A stretch of DNA of 64,000 nt from Methanobacteriota archaeon (GCA_043799545.1 JAZDNO010000020.1:1-64000), one strand, 5' to 3'. Positions 36,958-46,940 are shown, counted from the first letter of the stretch. The notes: generated by a model from the letters alone, not told the origin. Numbers and translations: made by a program.

Positions 36958-37365
36958 ATGAAAATCGGAATCATTGTAAGCGAGTTCAATTACGACGTCA
37001 CCCAGATGATGCTGGAGCGCGCGAAGGCGCACGCCGACTTCCTGGGCGCGGACGTGGCCGAGATAATGCACGTGCCGGGCGTGTACGACATGCCCCTGGC
37101 GGCCAAGCGGATGCTGGGAAAGAAGAACATCGACGGCGTGGTCGTCCTCGGAGCGGTGATAGAGGGCGAGACGGGCCACGACCAGATAGTCATCGGCCAG
37201 GCCGCGCGGAAGCTGACAGACCTGTCTGTCGAGTACGACAAGCCAGTCGGGCTGGGCATCACAGGACCGGGCATGACGCGCCTGCAGGCTGAGGACCGCA
37301 TCGAGAACGCGAAGGCCGCTGTCGAGGCGGTCGTGAAGATGCACAAGAGGCTGGCGAAGAAGTAA
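36958..37365 (+). CDS. ribH: 6,7-dimethyl-8-ribityllumazine synthase
   Basis: IGIIVSEFN; VPGVYDMP; LGAVIEGETGHD. Confidence 0.93.
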   Translation: MKIGIIVSEFNYDVTQMMLERAKAHADFLGADVAEIMHVPGVYDMPLAAKRMLGKKNIDGVVVLGAVIEGETGHDQIVIGQAARKLTDLSVEYDKPVGLGITGPGMTRLQAEDRIENAKAAVEAVVKMHKRLAKK

Positions 37366-37408
37366 ACTATTAACTCTCGTTCGGCCTTCATCCCTCGGTG
37401 AAGTAGCG

Positions 37409-40400
37409 ATGCCCGTCCTGGAAAAGGCCTGCCCGTCTCCCGACCATCAAAGCGGACGGACAGTTTTCGTTGGGCGGGAGCGCGAGCTCGGATTGCTGGA
37501 CGCCGGCCTCGACAGACTCTTCCGCTCGGCCGGTTCTACTTTCCTCGTGACTGGTGAGCCAGGCGCGGGAAAGACCAGACTCGTTGAGGAGTTGAAGGGA
37601 AGAGCGCTCTCGCGCGGTGCGAAGGTAATCTGTGGCTCGGCCGCGCAGGGCAATCAGAGCCCATTCCATCTCTTTTCAGGCATCATGCCCGGAGACAGCG
37701 CCGAAGAGCAATTTTCCGAGCGCGAAAGCGTCGGATTCGCCCAGGTCTTCGCGATAGACAAGGGCGGGTCCAAGGTGGCGGAGGCCGGTGCCGGAGGCGT
37801 GGATGGCCTGAGCGCCGACGCCATGGCAGATGTTATCGCGGCAGTGCAGTCGTTCGTGGGGGATTCGCTGGGGAAATCCAGCGGGGCTGGTGCGGGGCTG
37901 GGGCGCCTGGAGTACGGTGGCAAGACCATTTTGCTGGAACACGGAGCCGGTTTCGTCATAGCCGGCATAGTCCCCAGGGGCGAGAGCGAGAGGATGCGGC
38001 TGGCCATGAGGAATACCCTGGCAGGCATCGAGTCTAGCGGCGGTGGCAGGGCAGCAATAGAGGCGAGGCTGAGCGAACTCGCCGCCTTAAAATTTATAGT
38101 CAGACGCGACCTGGGCGAGGTGAACATCGAAAGAGAGAGGATACGCGTTGCGGACATGTTTCTGGAAAAAATCTCGGCGTTCGCTTCCGAAAAACCCGTA
38201 TTGCTGGTGCTGGAGGACCTGCACTGGGCGGACGCGCCTTCCTTGCTCGTGCTGCAGTACCTTGCCAGGGTCGTCGTGGAACTGCCGTTGATGGTAGTCT
38301 CGACCGTCAGGCCGTCGGAAGACGCGAAGAGGATGGAGGCGCTCTCGCAGTCCATGGCAGCCGCGGGATGCGCGAGGATAGACCTCCGGGAACTGGACGA
38401 ATCCGCGGTCGCGTCGCTCGTGGAGGGCATCATAGGGGCGAACGATTTCACACCGGACTTTCTGTCGGGCTTGCAGAGACAATCCGGGGGCAACCCGTTC
38501 TTCGTTGTGGAGTTGCTCGGGCAGATGGGGCGCGACGGCGCAATCGTGTCGCGCGACGGCATAAGCAGCATCTCCATAGAGAACTTATCCATCCCTTCTT
38601 CAGTCGAGGATGTCGCGCGCAGGCGCCTGGACTCGCTGGAGCCGGAGGAGGTCGCCATCGCCGAATACGCATCATGCATAGGCCAGGAATTCGATGTCGA
38701 AGTTGCGACATCCTTCCATTCCGCCACCGACGCCGCTGGTTCGCTGGACGGTCTGGTCTCGATGGGGATTTTATCGCGTTCCGGAAACAGGCTTGCGTTC
38801 GCCCACGCCATCATACACAGCGTCATCTACGCGGACATAGCCGCGAGGTGGAAGTCGACGCACCACAGGAGCATAGGGCTTTTCCTCGAATCGAAGCACG
38901 GCGCCGATTTGGACGCTGTAATCTACGACGTCGCGAACCAGTTTGCCAGAAGCAACGAGCACGCCAAGGCTTCCGGATATTGCGTTATGGCCGCTGAAAA
39001 GGCCGAAGGGTCGTACGCGCTCGAGCTTGCGAAAGATTTTTACGGGAAAGCGATGGCATCGTCGCATGCGGCCGGAGGCTCCTTCGAAACCGTCGAGCGC
39101 AAGGCAGACCTATTGGAGCGGTTGAGCGGCGTTTGCGCTGTCCTCGGGGAGTTTGACATCGCGATAAGATATTTGGACGAGGCCTTGCCGCTTGCCAGCA
39201 GGGGCTCTGCAAGGGTGAGGGTTCTGAGGAAGTACGGTTACGTGTACAATAGAATGGGCAAGATAGACGAGTCTATAACCAAACTCGACGAGGCGCTCGT
39301 AGCGCTCGAAGTGAAGTCCGGTTCCGAGTACGGCATCATATGCACGACGCTGGGCAACAATCTGTGGTACAAGGGGGAGGTCGACAAGGCCCTTTCTTAC
39401 ACTGACAAGGCAATAGAGATATTCAGCTGCGACGAGCCAGACGAGAACGAGCTTGCGGACGCCTTCCGGGTCAAGGCTTTGATACTCAGCGGGACTGGCA
39501 AGCACGATATGGCGCTCGACGTCTATCGCCGCAGCCTTGATATCTGGACCAAGTTGGGGAACGAGCGACGCATGGCGGCGATGCTAGGCAATATGGGCAA
39601 CGTGTTTGCGGAAAAAGGCGAGTTCGCAAAATCTCTCGAATATTACGAGAAGGGCCTCGTCCTCCTCCGCAAGCTCAGGCACAAGCACAACATCGCGGTC
39701 ATGACAGTCAACATGGGGGCGACGTATTACTCGCTGGGAAATATCGATAAGGCGATAGAATTTTTCAAGGAGAGTGGAGACGCTTTCGGAAAGATCGGAG
39801 ACGCATTCGGGCTAGCGACCACGTTTCTGAACACCGGTGCAATCTACCTCCAGTTCGGAGAGTATGACGAGGCCAAAGATGTGCTCGTCAAAGGCCTGGC
39901 TATTGCGGAAAAAAACCATATCACAGGGACTGCGTCGAGCATACTCGAAGCGCTGGGGGGCATCTTTGTCGAATCCAAGGATTACGCGAAGGCCGAGGAA
40001 TTCTTCGCACGGTCTTTGGAAATAGCGAAGAACGGAAGGCTAATCGGAATGGTTGCGAGCGGGCATACGAACATGGCCGATATGCATTCCGAGATGCGTA
40101 ATGTTGAAAAAGCAATCGAATGGGCGAATGAAAGCTTGCGCATATCGGAGGAGAATGGCCTGGACAGGGAGGGTGCCATTGCCAAGATAGCACTGGGAAG
40201 GGCTCGACTTCTCGCGGTGGACTTGCCGAAGGCGGCAGAGTTGTTCGAGTCTGCCAAGACCGCATTCGAAGGGATGGGCGAACGGACCGAGGTTGCGATA
40301 ACGGAATACTTCCTGGGTTCTGTGTACCGCACCAATGGAGAAGCGGCGAAGGCAAAGGGATTTTACGAAAAGGCGCTCGCCACTTTCGAGGAATGCAAAT

Positions 40401-40456
40401 TCAAGGTGTGGGCCGCGAAGACTAGAAAGGAATTGGACGCATTCAATCGGGAATGA
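37409..40456 (+). CDS. STAND-type AAA ATPase with inserted longin-like domain and C-terminal TPR array
   Basis: FVGRERE; Walker A GEPGAGKT; Walker B LVLEDLHWAD; GGNPFF; many TPR-like repeats; insert of about 37736-38036. Confidence 0.85.
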   Translation: MPVLEKACPSPDHQSGRTVFVGRERELGLLDAGLDRLFRSAGSTFLVTGEPGAGKTRLVEELKGRALSRGAKVICGSAAQGNQSPFHLFSGIMPGDSAEEQFSERESVGFAQVFAIDKGGSKVAEAGAGGVDGLSADAMADVIAAVQSFVGDSLGKSSGAGAGLGRLEYGGKTILLEHGAGFVIAGIVPRGESERMRLAMRNTLAGIESSGGGRAAIEARLSELAALKFIVRRDLGEVNIERERIRVADMFLEKISAFASEKPVLLVLEDLHWADAPSLLVLQYLARVVVELPLMVVSTVRPSEDAKRMEALSQSMAAAGCARIDLRELDESAVASLVEGIIGANDFTPDFLSGLQRQSGGNPFFVVELLGQMGRDGAIVSRDGISSISIENLSIPSSVEDVARRRLDSLEPEEVAIAEYASCIGQEFDVEVATSFHSATDAAGSLDGLVSMGILSRSGNRLAFAHAIIHSVIYADIAARWKSTHHRSIGLFLESKHGADLDAVIYDVANQFARSNEHAKASGYCVMAAEKAEGSYALELAKDFYGKAMASSHAAGGSFETVERKADLLERLSGVCAVLGEFDIAIRYLDEALPLASRGSARVRVLRKYGYVYNRMGKIDESITKLDEALVALEVKSGSEYGIICTTLGNNLWYKGEVDKALSYTDKAIEIFSCDEPDENELADAFRVKALILSGTGKHDMALDVYRRSLDIWTKLGNERRMAAMLGNMGNVFAEKGEFAKSLEYYEKGLVLLRKLRHKHNIAVMTVNMGATYYSLGNIDKAIEFFKESGDAFGKIGDAFGLATTFLNTGAIYLQFGEYDEAKDVLVKGLAIAEKNHITGTASSILEALGGIFVESKDYAKAEEFFARSLEIAKNGRLIGMVASGHTNMADMHSEMRNVEKAIEWANESLRISEENGLDREGAIAKIALGRARLLAVDLPKAAELFESAKTAFEGMGERTEVAITEYFLGSVYRTNGEAAKAKGFYEKALATFEECKFKVWAAKTRKELDAFNRE

Positions 40457-40477
40457 GTGGTTTTTCACCAAATCCAT

Positions 40478-41857
40478 TCAGCTCTTCCGGGCGCCAACCC
40501 TCTTCACCGCTATGTCCGCCGCCCTGGACAGCACGTCGAAAACGTCGCTCACTGGCGGGCAGTAGGCGAACTCCGTATCCTCCAGGTCCCAGATGGTCAT
40601 CCCCTTCGTCGCCATGATACCGATGACGTTCATCCTCCAGGCCGCGCCCTCTTTTCCGATTGCCTGGCCTCCGAGAATCTTACCGGTGTCGCCGTCTACG
40701 ATCATCCTCAGCGCGAGTTCGGAATTCTTAGGGATGTAGTGCGGCCTGAGCGCTCCCTTCACGGATATTGGTTTGGCGTTCTGGTGGCCGGCCTTCAGCG
40801 CTCCCTCGAGGTTGAATCCGGTCGCCGCCATCTCCATGTCTCCGACGAACGAAACGAAGGTGTTGTAGAATCCCTTGTACTTCGCGTCCCCGCCGGCGGC
40901 GTTGATGCCTGCTATTGCGCCTTGGCGGTAAGCGGTCGTCGCCAGCAGCGCAGGTCCTTTCGAGCCGTCCATCCGGGAAAATGACTCGGCGCAGTCCCCC
41001 ACGGCGAAAACGCGTGGAACGTTCGTTTCCATGCGCTCGTTCGTGACGAAGCCGTTCTTGTTCGCAGAGATGCCAGATGCTTCGCCCAGGGCGGTGCGCG
41101 CCCTCATACCAGCCGCCATCACGACCACATCGCAGGGTATTACCTGGCCGGCGATGGTGACTGATTCGACCGAGTCGGTGCCATTGATGCTTTCTATGCC
41201 TTTCCCGAAGTACTGGTGTATCCCCAATTCCGCGAGCTTGTCGAGGACGAGTGTCCCCATTTCGGGGTCGAAGATGTCGGCCATGACCGGCGGCGTCCGC
41301 TTCGTGACGTGGACGTCAAGACCGAGCACTTTGAGCGCAGCCGCGACCTCCAATCCGGTAGCGCCGCCGCCCACGACGCACGCGGCTTTCTTCTTCGAAT
41401 TCAGCGCGGCGTTCCTGAGCGCCGCCGCGTTCGAGGGGTTCGTGCAGAAATGCACGCCCTTGCCAGCGAGTTCCTTCGCCCCGGGTATCGGAAGGTTTGT
41501 CGGGTCCGCCCCAGTCGCTAAAACGAGAGAGTCCCAAGCCATCTCCGAAATGTCGCCAGTTTTCAGGTTCTTCACTTTGAGCTTTTTTCCTTGAGCGTCG
41601 ATGGACAAGACCTCGTGCGAGAGCAATTTTTTAAAGCGGCCCGTTTCAGGCACCGTGTATTGGAGGGACGCAAAGTCCTTGACCACGCCCTCTATCGCGT
41701 AAGGCAGCCCGCAAGGGCTGAACTGGTCGAAATCCCGCTTCTCGATTATCGTGACGTTGGCCTTGCGGTTTGTCCCCGAGGCGTACTTGGAGGCGTAGAG
41801 TCCTCCGACTCCCAGGCCGATTATGATTACGTTCGTCTCTATATCAATTGATGGCAT
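40478..41857 (-). CDS. FAD-dependent pyridine nucleotide-disulfide oxidoreductase (NADH oxidase/CoA-disulfide reductase family)
   Basis: GLGVGG; SPCGLPY redox Cys; ATGA; GGGATG; AVGDC; YCPP. Confidence 0.88.
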   Translation of the reverse strand: MPSIDIETNVIIIGLGVGGLYASKYASGTNRKANVTIIEKRDFDQFSPCGLPYAIEGVVKDFASLQYTVPETGRFKKLLSHEVLSIDAQGKKLKVKNLKTGDISEMAWDSLVLATGADPTNLPIPGAKELAGKGVHFCTNPSNAAALRNAALNSKKKAACVVGGGATGLEVAAALKVLGLDVHVTKRTPPVMADIFDPEMGTLVLDKLAELGIHQYFGKGIESINGTDSVESVTIAGQVIPCDVVVMAAGMRARTALGEASGISANKNGFVTNERMETNVPRVFAVGDCAESFSRMDGSKGPALLATTAYRQGAIAGINAAGGDAKYKGFYNTFVSFVGDMEMAATGFNLEGALKAGHQNAKPISVKGALRPHYIPKNSELALRMIVDGDTGKILGGQAIGKEGAAWRMNVIGIMATKGMTIWDLEDTEFAYCPPVSDVFDVLSRAADIAVKRVGARKS

Positions 41858-42006
41858 CGTTCACATCCTGTGTCGGGGTCCGGCAAAGCGGGGAGCGGAT
41901 ATGACCTTTTCGATTGCCCTGCCAATCACACGTACTGGAGCGCGGAGAAGGCTTTTTGTATGCAAATCCTCATGTCCGGCCGGTTACAGGTTTAAAAGGT
42001 GGCGAC

Positions 42007-43095
42007 ATGACAATAAAAACACCGTTCTACGAGAAGCACGGGAAGCTCGGCGGCCAGGTAATAGATTTCCACGGATGGTGGCTGACAATGCAGTTCTCAG
42101 GCATACCCGACGAGCACCGGGCCGTTAGGGAAGGCGTGGGGATGTTCGACGTCTCCCACATGGGCAACTTTACGATAAAGGGCAAGGGGGCGACCGACTT
42201 CCTGAACGAGACGCTGACCAACCGCTTCGACAACATCAAGATGAACCAGTGCAAGTACTGCCACATACTCCAGGACGACGGCAAAATCATCGACGACAAC
42301 ATCGTCTCGAAGATAGGCGACGAGGACTACTTCTGCGTGCCGAACGCCACGATGATAAAGACCGATTACGACTGGTACACGAAGCACGCCCCGAGCACCG
42401 TGAAAATCGAGAACCTCTCGGACAAGTACGGCATCCTGGCGCTCCAGGGGCCGAAGGCCAAGCTCGTCATGCAGAAGGTCACCGACTTCGACGTCTCGTC
42501 GGTCAAATTCTTCTTCTGCGGGATGATGAAGATAATGGGCCTCGACCACGACACGCTCGTCTGGCGCACTGGATACACGGGCGAGGACGGCTTCGAAATC
42601 ATGGCGCCAGAGAAGGACGCGTCGCACATCTGGGACGCGATTTACGAGGCGGGGAAGGAGTTCGGTGTGAAACCGATAGGGCTGGGGGCGCGCGACACCC
42701 TCAGGCTGGAAAAGGGCCTGCTGCTATCGGGCCAGGACTTCAACTACGACCGGACGACAATCGAGACGTACCAGAGCGGCAAGTTCGCCCTGAACATGGA
42801 CCACGACTTCAGGGGGAAGAAGGTGCTGGAGGGGCAGCTCGCGAAGGGAGACTACTGGCGCATCATCGGCATCAACATCGGCGGCGCGGGAATCCCGAGA
42901 ACTGGCTACGAAGTCGTCCATGACGGGAAAGTAGTCTCGAAGGTCACCTCAGGCACGTTCGTGCCGACGACGAAGAAGGGCATCGCGATGGCCTACCTGC
43001 CGCCGGAGCTGGCTAAGCCGGGCGTGGACGTTGCCATAAGGATACGCGGAAGGGACATCCCCGGAAAGGTGTTCAGCTTCCGCGACAAGGTTTAA
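42007..43095 (+). CDS. gcvT: Glycine cleavage system T protein (aminomethyltransferase)
   Basis: GMFDVSHMG; RTGYTGEDGFE; GLGARDTLRLEKG. Confidence 0.93.
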   Translation: MTIKTPFYEKHGKLGGQVIDFHGWWLTMQFSGIPDEHRAVREGVGMFDVSHMGNFTIKGKGATDFLNETLTNRFDNIKMNQCKYCHILQDDGKIIDDNIVSKIGDEDYFCVPNATMIKTDYDWYTKHAPSTVKIENLSDKYGILALQGPKAKLVMQKVTDFDVSSVKFFFCGMMKIMGLDHDTLVWRTGYTGEDGFEIMAPEKDASHIWDAIYEAGKEFGVKPIGLGARDTLRLEKGLLLSGQDFNYDRTTIETYQSGKFALNMDHDFRGKKVLEGQLAKGDYWRIIGINIGGAGIPRTGYEVVHDGKVVSKVTSGTFVPTTKKGIAMAYLPPELAKPGVDVAIRIRGRDIPGKVFSFRDKV

Positions 43096-43134
43096 TACGA
43101 TAATCCAGATACGGAGAAAAAGGACGGTGAGAAA

Positions 43135-43545
43135 ATGGAAGCGAAGGGAACCAAGGTAATGCCAGGTTTGAAGTACACGAAGACCAGCGAATGGGCGAAG
43201 GTCGAGGGGGCCAACATAAGGGTCGGCCTGACGGACTTCGCGCAGCACGAGCTGACGGACATAGTTTTCGCAGACCTGCCCAAGGTCGGCGCTAAGACGA
43301 AGCAGGGCGAGTCGTTCACAGCCGTCGAGTCGGTCAAAGCGGTCTCGGATTTCTACGCGCCAGCATCGGGCGAAATCATCGAGGTGAACAAGACGCTGGA
43401 AAACCAGCCGGAGCTGATGAACAAGGACCCGTACGGCATAGGCTGGCTGGCGGTCATCAAGGTGGCGGACCCGAAGGAGTTGGAAAAGCTCTTGGACGAC
43501 AACGGATACGTTCACTACCTGGAACATGAGCATAAAGGGCATTGA
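43135..43545 (+). CDS. gcvH: Glycine cleavage system H protein
   Basis: GLTDFAQ; VESVKAVSD lipoyl-Lys motif; NKDPYG. Confidence 0.93.
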   Translation: MEAKGTKVMPGLKYTKTSEWAKVEGANIRVGLTDFAQHELTDIVFADLPKVGAKTKQGESFTAVESVKAVSDFYAPASGEIIEVNKTLENQPELMNKDPYGIGWLAVIKVADPKELEKLLDDNGYVHYLEHEHKGH

Positions 43546-43625
43546 GTCTCATTGAGATTTCAAATCCTTTTCTAAATCGTTTCAATTTATGAAATTTTCA
43601 ATGCTCGCAATTACTCTTGGGGGGA

Positions 43626-44729
43626 TTAAATTAGTTTTCCCCATGAGTGTTCAAAATTCGACGCGGTGAAGCCCAGGTCCTCCTTCTTCACGACGACCGA
43701 GCCATCCAGGGTCCGGAACGAGAACTCCTCGACCGTGGCCGGGAACTCGTTGTAATACAGGATTGAATTCATCAGGTAGCGCTTTTTCTGCTGGAAGCGC
43801 CAGAATGCCCGCGAGTAAGCCCTGAGCCTGAGATGGAGTTCCTTCTCCTTGTCCCTTCCCCAGATGTCGAAGACCGGCATATCGCCGTCGAGCTTGTGCC
43901 TTATCTTCACGGCCCTTTTCTTGAACGTGAACTCGCGGTCGGAGCCCTTGTGGTAGAAGTGTATCGACCTGGAGAAAGGGATGTCGCCCCAGTCGGCGAC
44001 CGATTGTATCTTCTCTTTCGTCCTGAACGTCTGCGGTCCGATGAACGGCTGGAAGTAATCGATGAAGCTCCCGTCCTCGCAGTGGACTAGCCCCCAGTAC
44101 CATGTCGGCGCCGGGGCGTTGACCGTGACCCGCTGGAGGTATGCCGTGCCCTCGACAGGCTTTCCGCCTATGAGGCCAGTCATCCTCATCCCGAATATCT
44201 TCATGATGTTGTAGGAGTACTTCTTCGTGTACGAGTTCTCGTTGAACCTGTGCTTCTGGAGATAGTCGTTCCACGGCGTCATCTCGAAGTGGAAGTCGTT
44301 CGACTTGTCTTTTACGTTCACTGTGTATTTTTCCGGCCCGCCGAAGAAACGGTAGTCTGCGCCTTCTTTGACCGGCTTGAGCTCACCCGACTCTCCGTCG
44401 TGCCTCACCTCGAAGTCCATCTCTTCAAGTACGCACGGGTCTTTCATCGTCTTTCCGTCGAACCACCAGGCGGCCGTCATGCCGTTGAACCTGAGTGCGC
44501 CGTCCTCCTCTGTCGGGAGGCGCTTGGACGACCATTTCTTGTCCATGACCATGATTTCGTCGGTGTACTTCGTGGACCAGAGAATCATGAGCTGCTTCGT
44601 CTTGCCGGGGCGCTCGGGGTCGCGGATGAAGAATATCCACCACCACCACCACCATGTGAGGTTCGGGATGTTGTCGTCGGTCTTGAGGACCCACATGTTC
44701 TCGTAAGGCTTGCGGGGCGCGTCGGGCAT
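43626..44729 (-). CDS. Hypothetical aromatic-rich beta protein (lipocalin/tocopherol-cyclase-like fold possible)
   Basis: TWWWWWWIFF; GTAYLQRV...WYWG pattern. Confidence 0.7.
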   Translation of the reverse strand: MPDAPRKPYENMWVLKTDDNIPNLTWWWWWWIFFIRDPERPGKTKQLMILWSTKYTDEIMVMDKKWSSKRLPTEEDGALRFNGMTAAWWFDGKTMKDPCVLEEMDFEVRHDGESGELKPVKEGADYRFFGGPEKYTVNVKDKSNDFHFEMTPWNDYLQKHRFNENSYTKKYSYNIMKIFGMRMTGLIGGKPVEGTAYLQRVTVNAPAPTWYWGLVHCEDGSFIDYFQPFIGPQTFRTKEKIQSVADWGDIPFSRSIHFYHKGSDREFTFKKRAVKIRHKLDGDMPVFDIWGRDKEKELHLRLRAYSRAFWRFQQKKRYLMNSILYYNEFPATVEEFSFRTLDGSVVVKKEDLGFTASNFEHSWGKLI

Positions 44730-44832
44730 TGGGGCTGGATGGAGAGGGGGTTAGAAAAGGTTTGCGGAGAAAATGAGCCTGTAATTAACATTTTTTTGTA
44801 AGGGGGTTTCGTTTCATCTTCGTTGAACTATA

Positions 44833-45543
44833 TTAATCATCATTTCCTAATTCTACCACTTGTGAATTTGTTGTTGTTGCTAACCCATATAAATCCGGAA
44901 ATAATGTTTTCCTTGATATTCCATATTGCCAAAGTTCGGTTTTAATATTTTTTCGAGCGATATTTTTTACTATTATTTTAATTGTCACAAAGGGTGAAAA
45001 GTCTTCAGTAGGTTGGTGATGAATTGTGAATACTGCGCTTTGCGACTGCATTTGGGGTGCTACGTAAAGTGGTAGAAACACATAATTTTCTTCGATATTA
45101 AAAGGAGTTAATTTCTCACTCTTAATTTCTTTTGCAGTTATATGTCTCAGCTTAATAGGATGAGATTTAATCACATAGACAATACTATCCTTCTCCGAAT
45201 TTAAATCTTCAACGGCGAAATACAATGCAACCAAGGGACTTTCCGTCCAATCCAATAACCTTGTTGCCAAACCATAATGTTGACCAAGTGTTAATCGTTC
45301 CCAATCATCATCTAATCGACTATTATAACGAGACATGTACTCCCGTTTGAATCGTCTGAATATTTTTAATTCAGCCCCATGACATCCATCTTCATCCGTA
45401 TCTCGTCCGATTGTTGGTTTCAATCCATTGAATTCCTCTTTCTGGCCCCGATACAGGTATCCCTCACCCACAAATTGTTTCATTATTTTTAAATACTCAG
45501 CCAAACTTGCTACATCTTTGCTTTCCATTTGTTTCACATCCAA
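44833..45543 (-). CDS. FRG domain protein (AT-rich insertion)
   Basis: LYRGQ; LGQHYGLATRLLDWTESPLVALYFAV; QSAVFT. Confidence 0.88.
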   Translation of the reverse strand: MDVKQMESKDVASLAEYLKIMKQFVGEGYLYRGQKEEFNGLKPTIGRDTDEDGCHGAELKIFRRFKREYMSRYNSRLDDDWERLTLGQHYGLATRLLDWTESPLVALYFAVEDLNSEKDSIVYVIKSHPIKLRHITAKEIKSEKLTPFNIEENYVFLPLYVAPQMQSQSAVFTIHHQPTEDFSPFVTIKIIVKNIARKNIKTELWQYGISRKTLFPDLYGLATTTNSQVVELGNDD

Positions 45544-45578
45544 TTCTTATGTTATTAGCATCCCTCTATTAATCATTC

Positions 45579-45689
45579 CTACTCCGTCAAATCCAAATCC
45601 AGCACCGTTATCGCCCTCCCAGGGTCCTCGTCCAGCGTCCCCTTGTAGAATATCAGGTCCCGTATCGCGCGGACCTCCCTGTCAGGCAT
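45579..45689 (-). pseudogene. Truncated 36-aa GC-rich ORF remnant at the FRG insertion junction
   Basis: MPDREVRAIRDLIFYKGTLDEDPGRAITVLDLDLTE; overlaps the ORF6N gene stop and ends where AT-rich sequence begins. Confidence 0.4.
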
Positions 45690-46698
45690 GCATTTCCTCC
45701 AGCCTGGAAAGCATCTCGACCGCCCCTATGTCCATCTTCGAGAAGGCGAACCACTTCTTGCCCAGGTCCTTGAGGGACGCGCCGAAGTGATAGACGTCCT
45801 TCTGGTCTATGATTATGAATCGGTCGTGCGACTGCTCGAACTTCCGCAGCTCGATGCGCGGGTATTGCTTGTTGAACTTCTCGACGTCCAGGGCCAGCGC
45901 GTCGGACACGTTTCTAGTCAGGAGGACGACCCGGACGCCCTTCTTCCTCTTGTTGAGGTGCACGAGGACGCTCTCGTCCAGGAAGTTGTCGATTATCGCG
46001 ATGGACTCTTTCGCGCTCAAGAAAAGGTCCGAGACGAACTTGTGGGCGTCGAAGACCTGGCCCTCGAAAAATATCCCCTGCTTCGGCCGGACCACACCAG
46101 ACTCCAAGGCGTTGAGGACCTTCTCGACCTTCCTGTCGGTGTCCATTTGCCTGACTTCGAGTGTGTCCAACCTCTGAAACACGGCAGCGTTGGAAGCGAT
46201 GAATCGCCGCATGGCGACGAAGGCGTTCATTATCTGGATGCTCGTCCTCACGGCGGTATCGCCCCGCAGCACCGTGGACAGCATGGCCACTCCCTGCTCG
46301 GTGAAGGCGTATGGGAGATACTTGCGGTGCTGGCCCCGCCTTTTCTTTATGGTCACAAATTGTGATGTTTGAGATACACCTGCCTTTAAGGTCACATTTT
46401 GCGACCTTAGAGTGGAATGCTCTTCAGCCGTCAACTGGAACATGAATTCAGCAGGAAATCTGCCTACATTGCGTTTGACCTGCTGGTTTAGGACCCTGAT
46501 CTCGACGCCGTAGAGATCGGCAAGGTCGCTGTCGAGCATGACTTGCACGCCGCGGATTGTGTAGATTCGGCTTTGGATGTCGTCCCTCAGCATCAGAGCG
46601 TGCACGCCTGTGCCCGCTTCCGCTCTATTGCTCAAATCCTCCACCCCAGACTTCTTGGCGCCCGTCTCGTTTGTCCTCTGCCCGGCTTGACGGTGCAA
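45682..46698 (-). CDS. ORF6N (KilA-like) DNA-binding domain protein
   Basis: IYTIRGVQVMLDSDLADLYGV...FPAEFMFQL...PYAFTEQGVAMLS; C-terminal HDRFIIID; start may be 46593. Confidence 0.88.
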   Translation of the reverse strand: MHRQAGQRTNETGAKKSGVEDLSNRAEAGTGVHALMLRDDIQSRIYTIRGVQVMLDSDLADLYGVEIRVLNQQVKRNVGRFPAEFMFQLTAEEHSTLRSQNVTLKAGVSQTSQFVTIKKRRGQHRKYLPYAFTEQGVAMLSTVLRGDTAVRTSIQIMNAFVAMRRFIASNAAVFQRLDTLEVRQMDTDRKVEKVLNALESGVVRPKQGIFFEGQVFDAHKFVSDLFLSAKESIAIIDNFLDESVLVHLNKRKKGVRVVLLTRNVSDALALDVEKFNKQYPRIELRKFEQSHDRFIIIDQKDVYHFGASLKDLGKKWFAFSKMDIGAVEMLSRLEEMHA

Positions 46699-46757
46699 TC
46701 AAGATTCGACCATAATCGGATATCGTGATTTGTGATTTCAAGACGCACCATCTCCTC

Positions 46758-46940
46758 TCATTTCCCCGCCCTCGCCAGGTGCTTGAGCTTCGAGCGCTTC
46801 TTTCCCAGCAAAGACGGCTTCTCCAGCTCCGCCTTGTGGACGGGGCACGGCCTCCCCAGCTTGCAGTACCTGCACTTCTCCTTCGGAGTCGGCGGGCAGG
46901 CGCCTATCAGATGGCCGTACTTCCTGCGGGGCATCCGCAC
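46758..46940 (-). CDS. Small basic Cys/His protein
   Basis: CRYCKLGRPCPVH; Lys/Arg-rich. Confidence 0.5.
   Translation of the reverse strand: MRMPRRKYGHLIGACPPTPKEKCRYCKLGRPCPVHKAELEKPSLLGKKRSKLKHLARAGK

Noticed and set aside
40478-41857. Glycine-cleavage L protein (dihydrolipoamide dehydrogenase) because it is divergent from gcvT
   Set aside because: It has the single-Cys SPCGLPY motif of NADH oxidase/CoA-disulfide reductases, not the CxxxxC disulfide of LPD.
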